NCBI RefSeq assembly: GCF_006345805.1
Contig: NC_043016.1
Span: 32,612,001 to 32,676,000, forward strand
Length of the DNA: 64,000 nt
Source: Octopus sinensis
Lineage: Eukaryota
Reading direction: 5' to 3'
In this document: in pieces, positions 1 through 10,647 of the stretch
How the letters are laid out: every line of letters starts with the position of its first letter
Numbering within the stretch: position 1 is the stretch's first letter
Made by a program: the position numbers and the translations under genes
The notes under the pieces: model-generated
The model's database searches: none
What the model saw: only the letters and a program-made list of their open reading frames with translations
Told to the model about the DNA's origin: nothing

Positions 1-311
1 CTGTACTGTGGCAGTATTGAAAGAGTGTGTATGGAGAACTAGATTGGAAGGTCTAGTGAAAGGGTCCTTTATCTCTGGCCCCCGTTTGTTAAAATACTTC
101 GGATATCATCTGAAGAGCAAGATGGGGTTGGAGAAGAGGAGCCTGCCACAGAAAGAGTATATGGAACGTTGGAAGGATGTGATGAGAAAGGTGGGTGAGA
201 GTAACCCAGCTTAATCATCGAGGAAATGAAAAATCAGCTGCTGGGATTTATAGGCTCCCATTCCCTTTCACTGTACATAACTGTTTAAAATAAAGAAATA
301 ATAAAAAAAAA
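1..311 (+). mobile_element. 3' end of a Tx1/L1-clade-like non-LTR retrotransposon (ORF2 C-terminus, 3' UTR, A-rich tail)
   Basis: Frame open to 214 (AVLKECVWRTR...LLKYFGYHLKSKMGLEKRSL...YMERW) resembles Tx1 ORF2 C-termini; followed by AATAAA and an A run ending near 311. Confidence 0.5.
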
Positions 312-685
312 GAAAACATACGCACTAAAAGTTCTCGTGATAAAGGCAAAAGTAAGCCAAGTTTTCGTTCAAGTTACATAAAATTTTATTTTTGTAATTT
401 TTATAATTTCATTCGAACTCGCATAGCATTTTTGTAATTGTTTTGTCCTGCAATGTCCCCTTCTATGTTAGATCACTTGATCATAATAAAGATAAATCCA
501 ATCGAAGACCGGTGTTTACCATACGTTGACGAGAGGCAAAAACCTCGAAACTATAGTCGTCGCGGTTGTGAGATCGAATTCGTTGGTGGAAGCGGTTGCG
601 GCATTGGGGATTTTTTTTCTCAAAAATTTAAACCCAAACGTATGCGGGAGCGGCAGGCAAGGGCCTGGCTGCGAGCGAACTACAG

Positions 686-1639
686 TTGGAAGAAGTTACA
701 GTCGAGAAGGAGATTTTGAAGAATTATTTCGACAGCTTGAAGAGAGAAGGTGACTGTGTGAGGATCACACCACCTGAAGAAGAAGCGAAAGACGCAGAGA
801 AACATATTATAACATACAGAACGTGGAACGTGGCTTCAAAGAAAGTAGAAGTGGCACCGATAGAGGAAATTGAGCGCTGTCTGAATGGAGTTGAAGGAGA
901 ACCTACCTTCTATAATAGAGGTAGAAAATACGCAACAGTGGTCGTTCATTTTAAAAACGAAGACGAAGCGAAGAAGAATGCCACGCAAATACTGAAAACA
1001 GAAAAATGGATGTTATTACCAAGTTATCGTGGAAAAAGGGCAGTAAGAATACGAATCAGTAAGATTTCGCCGAAGCTGAACATGGAAAGAATCTTAGCGG
1101 CAGTGGTATTCAACGGCAAAGAAAGCGTTGAAATATTGAAAGTAGAAAAATCGAAAGATGTACAGTGGTGGGGTTATGCGGTGCAGGCTTTGGTTCATAT
1201 AACCATACAAGACCTGTATAACATCCCAGAGGAGTTGGTGTTCCCCGACGAGACTCGACTCAGAGTCGTGGTGGAGGGGAGACCACCAGTGTGCTACAAG
1301 TGTAAAATTAGAGGCCACATGAAAGATGTATGTCCGACGAGAACATTGGAAGCTCGGACAGAAATATTGCAAATGGCGGATGAAAAATGTGTAAACACAG
1401 AAAATGTGGAAAGTGGTGACGAGTTGGAGAAAGAAAAGGAAAGAACAGAAGGAAAAGAAGATAGAAAGAGAGCGAGGGTGGAATCACCACCTAAAGTTCA
1501 AAAAAAGAAAAAAGCGAAAAATAAGACTACAGACGAGATGGAAGATCGAACGTGCGAAGATAAGAATACAAAAGCGAAGGCTAGAGAACCGGCAAATTTA
1601 ACGGCAGACCAAGAATGGGGAAGAAGAGTGGAAGAATAA
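686..1639 (+). CDS. Tx1-like ORF1 (gag-like protein with CCHC zinc knuckle), 3'-truncated by a LINE insertion at about 1632
   Basis: CYKCKIRGHMKDVC is C-x2-C-x4-H-x4-C, followed by a K/E-rich tail. The frame extends upstream (TYAGAAGKG) to a stop at 629. Confidence 0.7.
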   Translation: MEEVTVEKEILKNYFDSLKREGDCVRITPPEEEAKDAEKHIITYRTWNVASKKVEVAPIEEIERCLNGVEGEPTFYNRGRKYATVVVHFKNEDEAKKNATQILKTEKWMLLPSYRGKRAVRIRISKISPKLNMERILAAVVFNGKESVEILKVEKSKDVQWWGYAVQALVHITIQDLYNIPEELVFPDETRLRVVVEGRPPVCYKCKIRGHMKDVCPTRTLEARTEILQMADEKCVNTENVESGDELEKEKERTEGKEDRKRARVESPPKVQKKKKAKNKTTDEMEDRTCEDKNTKAKAREPANLTADQEWGRRVEE

Positions 1640-3717
1640 AAGCACTCATCAGGCGCATCAAAAGACTCAACAAAAAAATCAACCAATTAAGATATTCCCT
1701 CATACAACATCCACATTCAACAACAATGAAAAGGCTAGAGCTGGAAAAACTTCATCTGCAGACCGACATGAAAACCTCCATTGGAAATGAAAGAGCTGTG
1801 GAGGAACAGTGGGTAATCAAAAACATCAAACAGAACCCAAAAGTGTTCTATTCTTATGCAAATAAGCATAGAACCACTGTCTCACCCATTGGGCCATTGA
1901 TTGATGATAACGGCATTCCCCAACACGATGCTAAAGAAATGGCAGAAATACTGCAGAAACAATACTGCTCTGTCTTTAGTGTTCCCACTGATATTGACGT
2001 AAGAGAAGCGAACGAAGTTGACTCCCAACATAAAATCTCAGACATAACCTTCACTGCCACTGACATCGTAGCAGCAATAAATGAGGTCAAATACAACTCT
2101 GCTGTAGGCTCTGATAGATTCCCCGCTAGTCTCCTGTAGGAATGTAGACACCAACTTGCAGTCCCTCTGACCAACCTCTGGAGAAATTCGTTACACGCAG
2201 GTTATATACCGAAACAGTTTCTATCCCAGTCAGTCATCCCGGTTTTCAAACAGGGAAGCAGATCCCTCGCTCTCAACTATCGCCCAATCTCACTCACCTC
2301 CCACATCATTAAAGTGTTTGAAAGAGTGTTAAGATCAAGGATAGCTGACTTCCTGGAGACCCACAAACTCCTAAATGCAAATCAGCATGGCTTTCGCTAT
2401 GGCAGGGACTGTCTAACACAGCTCTTACACCACATTGAAGATGTACTCAAAGCCTTGGGAACAGGTTCGAACTCTGATGTCATATATCTTGACTTCAGTA
2501 AAGCGTTCGACAGGGTAGACCATAATATCCTACTCTCAAAATTGGCAAACGTTGGAATCCGTGGAAAAGTTCTACACTGGATTAAGTATTTCCTGGCAAA
2601 TAGAACACAACATGTTGTAGTTGATGGAGTCCACTCAAGCCCAGCAAAAGTCACCAGCGGTGTCCTCCAGGGGACTGTCTTGGGTCCGCTACTCTTCATA
2701 ATTTACATAAACGACCTTTCCAGTGTCGTACATTACTGCAAAGTGAAAATATTTGCTGATGACACTAAGCTCCAGCAAATCGTCAATGAAGAAGCAGATC
2801 GAACTCAACTCCAGTCTGATCTATATGCTGTGAGTCAATGGGCAGACAGAAACAAAATGCAACTGAACGAGGGAAAATTTGAGCTGATGCATTTTGGAAG
2901 AAACTCCTCACTAAAACAGCCATACTCTCTTCCTTCAGGGGAACCGCTCACAGCCTCTAACAATATCAGAGACCTGGGTGTAATTGTTGATGACGATCTC
3001 AGTTGGAGTGCACACATCAACAAGAAGGTCGATATAGCTAGGATGAGTTCCTGGATCTTAAGAACTTTCCGGTCCAGAGAACAAGGTGTCATCATACCAC
3101 TTTTTTCTCCTTTGTACGGCCACACCTCGAATACTGCTGCCCACTGTGGTCTCCCCATACAAGACAAAACATCTCGAGAATTGAGTCACCCCAAAGGGCA
3201 ATCACTAAACGAATTGAAGGCATGGCTGCTCTCGATTATTGGGATCGCCTTAAAGCCTTGAAACTTTACTCTCTCCAGCGTCGCCGTGAGCGGTACATCA
3301 TTTGTACGATGTGGAGAATATACCGTCAACTTTGCCCAAACTACCTGAACATTAGCTTCAAGGTTCATCCAAGACTGGGACCACGGGCCATACGTCCCCT
3401 GCTCAATTCAAGGTCACAGCATACATGTACACTGCAACATAATTTGTTTTCCCCAACAGGCCCCGCCCTATTTAACATTGTCCCGAAAGAGATCAAAGAG
3501 GAAAAGGATCCCATCAACTTTAAACGGAGTCTGGATAGATTCCTTCAAAGAATACCAGATAAGCCACCCATAATTGTATACAACTCACCCAACAAGAACT
3601 CACTACTTGAATGGACCATAAACAAAACTTGACTTATACAGGATTCGAATAATCCTATCAGGTGGTGCTATTAATTTAGACATGGCCTAAGAAACATATC
3701 TAAGTTTATCTAAGTTT
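1632..3717 (+). mobile_element. CR1/L2-group LINE family A, copy 1 (5'-truncated, RT region, disrupted)
   Basis: YLDFSKAFDRVDH, SGVLQGTVLGPLLF, FADDTK and RDLGVIVD motifs; stops and frameshifts; highly similar to copies 2 and 3. Confidence 0.95.
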
Positions 3718-3734
3718 ATATATATATATATATA

Positions 3735-4657
3735 TATTATATTGAGGGTACTATAATTCGTAGATACCAACACGCTAAGAGCGACCAATGCGGTCAAAAC
3801 TACTAAAAATAAACAAAATTTTACCGAATGCAAAACTTCAAAACACATCATTTTAAAAAAGAATTCAGTTACATATCACATGTGATTTCGTATTTAATGC
3901 AGAATATCCATTTTATGTTCATCAGTGCAACAAACTCAAGAAATATAAGAGAAAAACATAACATTACAAGCTCTATAGCCAACCGTAGAATTCGTCGTAG
4001 CATGTACGAATGTTTATCTTTACATATCTATGAAAATGGCGGGCTTATTCGCAATGCATTTCGGTGACAAATTGTCTAGTCGGAATAAAAATTCAGTATT
4101 GAACTATTCCGGTGAAAAATATAAATTAACAATTGAGGATAAAATCTTTAAAAGAAATTATCAGTAGTCAGCGTGAAAAACCTCGTAAGAGAAAAATCCG
4201 TAAATTCTTCCTCTTTGGTATTGAAATGCATTGCGAATAAGCCCGCCATTTTCATAGAGATGTAAAGATAAACATTCGTACATGCTACGACGAGTTCTAC
4301 GGTTGGCTATCGAGCTTGTAATGTTATGTTTTTCTCTTATATTTCTTGAGTTTGTTGCACTGATGAACATGAAATGCATATTCTGCATTAAATGCGAAAT
4401 CACATGTGATATGTAACTGAATTCTTTTTTAAAATGATGTGTTTTGAAGTTTTGCATTCGGTAAAATTTTGTTTATTTTTAGTAGTTTTGACCGCATTGG
4501 TCCCTCTTAGCGTGTTGGTATCTACGAATAGTAGTACCCTCAATATAATATAAATGAATATTTTCAAAGAGGAAGAATTTACGGATTTTTTCTCTTACGA
4601 GGTTTTTCACGCTGACTACTGGATAATTTCTTTTAAAGATTTTATCCTCAATTGTTA

Positions 4658-4664
<7 letters not shown>
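3735..4664. repeat. Interleaved inverted repeats A-B-A'-B'
   Basis: 3735-4062 is the reverse complement of 4223-4550; 4119-4217 is the reverse complement of 4565-4664; flanked by (TA)n. Confidence 0.9.
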
Positions 4665-4719
<55 letters not shown>

Positions 4720-4721
<2 letters not shown>

Positions 4722-5910
4722 TAGCTGAAGGTGACCCGCTCTACGCGCGGGTAAGAGTGTAGTTGTTAGTTTCTGTTACTTCCTTTCAGCACGTAAAAAG
4801 CACCATCCGAACGTGGCCGATTGCAGCGCCGCCTTGACTGGCTTCTGTGCCGGTGGCACGTAAAAAGCACCAAATGATCGTTGCCGCTGCGAGCCCCCCT
4901 GCAACGTGTGCCGGCGGCACGAAAAAAGCACCCACTACACTCACAGAGTGGTTGGCGTTAGGAAGGTCATCCACCTGTAGAAACACTGCCAGATCAGACT
5001 GGAGCCTGGTGCAGCCTCCTGGCTTCCCAGACCCCGGTCACACTGTCCAACCCATGCTAGCACGGAAAACGGACGTTAAACGATGATGATGATGATGATT
5101 CTCCCTCTTTGTTTCTCTCTCACTTCTCCACTCTCTTACTTTTCTTTTCTCTCTGACTCTCCCTCGCTTTCTCTTACTCTCTATCTTTATCTATCTCTCT
5201 CCCATTTATAAACAACAGAAGATCTTGAGTAAGTTGAGAAATAAAATATTTTGAAAGATCAATAATAAATATCAGGCAGTGGCAAGGAAAAGGTCTGCTT
5301 CAAGGCAGACAGCAAAACGCTAACATTTAAAAGGGACAGACGAACTTGCGAGCTGAATAAAAATAATAAAATATTGGAAACCAAAGTTTGAAGGGATTGA
5401 ATCTGAGGATAGTAGAGTCACCATGGCTGGCATTTCTTAACGACGGACAGCAACGTATTGACAGTTAAACGGCTGGCGTAAAATTTTGAACTTGATGTAA
5501 AAGAAAATTCGTAAACACCAAGTTTTGAAGTGATTCTTTCTCACGACAGTAGACTCACCATGGCAAGCATTCAAAACTTCTTTATCATGGACGGCAACAC
5601 ATTGACGATTCAAAAGCTGGCGCAAATTTTTTAGCTTGATGTAACAGAGAATTCCTAAACACTCGCTCCTTTAAATTTTAATCCCCTTCCAGCCCCATTT
5701 AGACCCCTTTTCACATTTTGGTTAATATAACCCGATTTCATTCGGGTCTACTGGGGTCACATTTTATAAGATGAGGAATTTTGTCCTAGAGGTGACGCCT
5801 TTCATTTGAGAAAAAAAATAGTTGTCATGCAAACTTGCCAGCACTTTTAACATAGGTGTGCATATTTTCAGCTGAATCGACCGACTATGTAATGCACACA
5901 TTATATATAT
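4720..5910 (+). mobile_element. Possible Helentron/HINE-like non-autonomous element containing a ~138 bp internal direct repeat (5408-5665)
   Basis: Starts CTAGCTGAAGGTGACCCGCTCTACGCGCGGG after (TA)n and contains an imperfect internal duplication; boundaries are approximate. Confidence 0.35.
4790..5098 (+). mobile_element. RTE-type LINE 3' tail ending in (GAT)n; related copies at 27505-27770, 58400-58660, 59950-60260, 39020-39095(-), 63880-64000(-)
   Basis: Shared GGTGGCACGTAAAAAGCACC...CCCATGC..G...GGACGTTAAACGATGATG. At 58205-58660 this tail follows an RTE-like ORF2 C-terminal remnant (RKMWDKVVRKDLQMLGL). Confidence 0.7.
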
Positions 5911-6833
5911 ATGTGTGTGTGTGTGTGTGTGCACGCATTATATATACAAATGTATACAGATGAGATATATATCTGTATAAATTAAATTAGAGATAAAACT
6001 ACTAATAGGCAAATCAAACAGTGAAAAACCAAAAACAAAAACATTAAAAAAAAATAATATATAAAATATATAAAATATAAAATTGAAAAATTGAAATTAT
6101 TTAAATTGAAAATAAAAATTATTAAATTATATTTATAATTTGTTTAAAAATATATATAACTATGAAAAAGTATGAAAATGTTTAATATACATAAATACAG
6201 ATATATACACTTTGTATATATACATTATATATACATATTTATATATAGAACACACACACACGTACGTTATATATACATATTTATATATAGAACACACACA
6301 CACACATACGTTATATATACATATTTATATATAGAACACACACACACACATATAAATGAACGCAAGAATATCTGATTCATAATGTTTGTTCTCATGCTCG
6401 TGTGTTGTTGGTGACAGACAGATACATCAAAGAACGCCGACGTGATGGAAACAGAGTGAGTGAAACAGAGAGGAAATAGCGAGAGTGAGCGCGTTGACAG
6501 GTAGACAATAGAATGCGGCGCTATGGCGATGGAATATTTGTTTCTCTCTATATATGCAGACAGATACATGAGTAAAAGTTATGGGAAGCTAAGAAACAGA
6601 GTGAGTGAAAAAGAGAGGAAATAGCGAGAGTGACAGATACTTTAAATAAGGTCGTGGACTTCTGAAAGTTATAAATGAAGGGGAGTAAGAGAGGGAAAGG
6701 AGGAAATAGCGTGAGTGAGGAAGATGGCCCCTAGCAACCACACCTTTTAAGATAGGGATTTCTAAGGTAGTCCACGAGCATCGTCACCTCATTCAACATG
6801 TCCATGTAAATTTTGGAGCGAATCGGACGGGAT

Positions 6834-9800
6834 ACTGTTCTAAATACAGTGTCCATGGTCCTGATCCCAAATATGGATGCACAAAAGGCAATAGATGCAC
6901 CTTCTTTCATCCTAAACTGTGCCAAACTTCTGTGTCACTAAGGATGTTTCTGAACACACAGGATGCAACCACCACCATCTGAAGGGCACAAAACGATCGC
7001 AAAATAAATATAAACAGCAACAGAGATCTACGACAACAACAAAAACAATAGACAACCACGTTTCCCCTCCTACAATCAAACAACGAAGACAGAACCATGA
7101 AAAAACACCAAATAACGCCAACATGAAATATGTATCCTCCGACCAAGTGGCAAACGCCGAGGTGAAAATAAAAGATTTTACCATTGTTCGTACGGATCGC
7201 ACAGACCGAAATAAGAGAGGGACAGCCATCTTTATCCATGACTTCTTTTCACTTGATGCCAAGGACATATTTTCCAATGGCTAGTGTGAATCGGTACCAC
7301 TATTCAGCAAGGCCAAGGACATAATCATTGTTGGTCTTTACAGGCCTCCCCAAGCACCTCTAAAGTGCTTTGAAGAGTGCCTTAGCAAAGTCAAGTCCTT
7401 CCTTCGGAAGTATAACTCCGGAAACATACTAGTGATGGGTGATTTTAACATCCCTCATGTGAACTGGCCCACAAATACTCTGAAGTTAGGCAAATGCTCT
7501 ACATCAGATAGAGCAGCAGCAGAACTGCTCTTTAATCTAATGAATGAATACTTCCTGACTCAACTAGTGCTCGAACCAACGAAACAGAATAAAACGATCT
7601 TGGATCTGGTATTGACCAATCACTCTAGCTTCGTTCACAGTATTTCAGTTGAAAAAACTCTCCCCTCAGACGACGACATGGTACTCTGCAATTTTAATTC
7701 CCGAAATATAAAAAACAAACCAGCCAATACCACTCCATGGCACTCATTTGACAACATAAACTTCCACAAAGCGGATTGGGGAGCAATCAGAAAGGATCTG
7801 CCTTTCATCGACTGGTCTTTTACTTACAATTCCACCCATATTGAGACCGCATGGCAGCACTTTGAAAACATTGTCATCTATACATGCTCTAAACACGCTC
7901 CCACGAAATCTACTAACACAAACAGAAACCGGCTCCCTAAAAAGAATAAAAGCACTCATCAGGCGCATCAAAAGACACAACAAAAAAATCAACCAATTAA
8001 AATATTCCCTCATACAACATCCACATTCAACAACAATGAAAAGGCTAGAGCTGGAAAAACTTCATCTGCAGACCGACATGAAAACCTCCATTGAAAATCA
8101 AAGAGCTGTGGAGGAACAGTGGGTAATCAAAAACATAAAAACAGAACCCAAAAGTGTTCTATTCTTATGCAAATAAGCATAGAACCACTGTCTCACCCAT
8201 TGGGCCATTGATTGATGATAACGGCATTCCCCAACACGATGCTAAAGAAATGGTAGAAATACTGCAGAAACAATACTGCTCTGTCTTTAGTGTTCCCACT
8301 GATATTGACGTAAGAGAAGCGAACGAAGTTGACTCCCAACATAAAATCTCAGACATAACCTTCACTGCCACTGACATCATAGCAGCAATAAATGACGTCA
8401 AATACTACTCTGCTGTAGGCCCTGATAGATTCCCCGCTAGTCTCCTGAAGGAATGTTGTAGACACCAACTTGCAGTCCGTCTGACCAACCTCTGGAGAAA
8501 TTCGTTAGATGCAGGCTATATACCGAAACAGTTTCTATCCCAGTCCGTCATCCCGATTTTCAAACAGGGAAACAGATCCCTCGCACTCAACTATCGCCCA
8601 ATCTCACTCACCTCCCACATCATTAAAGTGTTTGAAAGAGTGTTAAGATCAAGGATAGCTGACTTCCTGGAGACCCACAAACTCCTAAATGCAAATCAGC
8701 ATGGCTTTCGCTGTGGCAGGGACTGTCTAACACAGCTCTTACACCACATTAAAGATGTACTCAAAGCCTTTGGAACAGGTTCGACAGGGTAGACCATAAT
8801 TTCCTACTCTCAAAATTGGCAAATGTTGGATTCCGTGGAAAAGTTCTACACTGGAGTAAGTATTTCCTGGCGAATAGAACACAACCTGTTGTAGTTGATG
8901 GAGTCGACTCAAGCCCAGCAAAAGTCACCAGCGGTGTCCCCCAGGGGACTGTCTTGGGTCCGCTACTCTTCATAATTTACATAATTTCCAGTGTCGTACA
9001 TTACTGCAAAATTAATATATTTGCTGATGACACTAAGCTCCAGCAAATCGTCAATGAAGAAGCAGACCGAACTCAACTCCAGTCTGATCTATACGCTGTG
9101 AGTCAATGGGCAGACAGAAACAAAATGCAACTGAACGAGGGAAAATTTGAGCTAATGTATTTTGGAAGAAATTCCTCACTGAAACAGCCATACTCTCTTC
9201 CTTCAGGGGAACCGCTCACAGCCTCTAACAATATCAGAGACCTAGGTGTAATTGTTGATGACGATCTCAGTTAGAGTGCACACATCAACAAAAAGGTCGA
9301 TATAGCTCGTAGGATGAGTTCCTAGATCTTAAGAACTTTCCGGTCCAGAGAACAAGGTGTCATCATACCACTTTTCTCCTCCTTTGTACGGCCACACCTC
9401 AAATACTGCTGCCCACTGTGGTCTCCCCATACGAGACAAAACATCTCGAGGATTGAATCACCCCAGAGGGCACTCACTAAACGAATTGAAGGCATGGCTG
9501 CTCTCGATTATTGGGATCGCCTTAAAGCCTTGAAACTCTACTATCTCCAGCGTCGCCGCGAGCGGTACATCATTTGTACGATGTGGAGAATATACCGCCA
9601 ACTATGCCCAAACGACCTGAACATTAGCTTCAAGGTTCATCCAAGACTGGGACCATGGACCATACGTCCCCTACCCAATTCAAGATCACAGCATACATGT
9701 ACACTGCAACATAATTTCTTTTTTCAACAGGCCCTACCCTATTTAACATTGTCCCGAGAGAGATCAAAGAGGAAAAGGATCGCATCAACTTTAAACGGAG

Positions 9801-9989
9801 TCTGGATAGATTCCTTCAAGTAATACCAGAAAAGCCAACCATAATTGGATACAACTCACCCAACAAGAACTCACTACTTGAATGGACCATAAACAAAACT
9901 TGACTTAAACAGGATTCGAATAATCCTATCAGGTGGTGCTATTAAGTTAGACATGGCCTGGACCAATCTTTGGTCGAAACATATCTAAG

Positions 9990-9992
<3 letters not shown>
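6834..9992 (+). mobile_element. CR1/L2-group LINE family A, copy 2 (partial ORF1, APE and RT; multiple deletions and frameshifts)
   Basis: APE motifs (MGDFNIPHVNW, TILDLVLTN) and RT motifs; ~370 bp deletion near 7157; 40 bp deletion near 8783; ends ATCTAAGTT followed by (TA)n. Confidence 0.95.
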
Positions 9993-10039
<47 letters not shown>

Positions 10040-10092
10040 AGAGTAACTGGTTTTGTTGAATTTTCTGCTGCTTTAAATAAAGTATATATATA

Positions 10093-10380
10093 TACTGTAA
10101 ATTTGGCCCCAGCGGCAACAACAACAAGGGACGCTGTGCTTTTTCCCATCCCACCCTATGTCGTAGACTTGTTAAGGGCACCTGTCCATACGGAATAACG
10201 GGAAAAACTGCCCTCACCTCCACCCCAAATACTGTCCTAAATACAGAATCCATGGTCCTGATCCCAAATATGGATGTACAAAAGGCAATAGATGCACCTT
10301 CTTTCATCCTAAACTGTGCCAAACTTCTGTGTCACTATGGATGTGCCTGAACCCAGAATGCAACCACCACCATCTGAAGG
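10093..10380 (+). CDS. ORF1 remnant with tandem CCCH-type zinc fingers
   Basis: YCKFGPSGNNNKGRCAFSHPTLCRRLVKGTCPYGITGK[shift]NCPHLHPKYCPKYRIHGPDPKYGCTKGNRCTFFHPKLCQTSVSLWMCLNPECNHHHLKG; partly repeated at 6834-6990. Confidence 0.75.
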
Positions 10381-10647
10381 GCAGAAAACGATCGCAAAAT
10401 AAATATAAACAGCAACAGAGGAGATCTACGACAACAACAAAAACAAAATACAACCACGTTTCCCTCCTACAATCAAACAACGAAGACAGAACCATGAAAA
10501 AACCATAACACCAAATAACACAAACATGAAATATGTATCCTCCGACCAACTGGCAAACCAAAGTGGTAACTCTTTTTTACTGACTTACCTAGAAAATATG
10601 AAGGCCGACCTAAGCCAGGAGATCCAACGAGCTATCAGCAACCACCT

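Noticed and set aside
6731-6833. Possible 5' inversion (twin priming) of LINE copy 2
   Set aside because: The segment does not match family A sequence in either orientation within the window; it is more likely the pre-existing target repeat.
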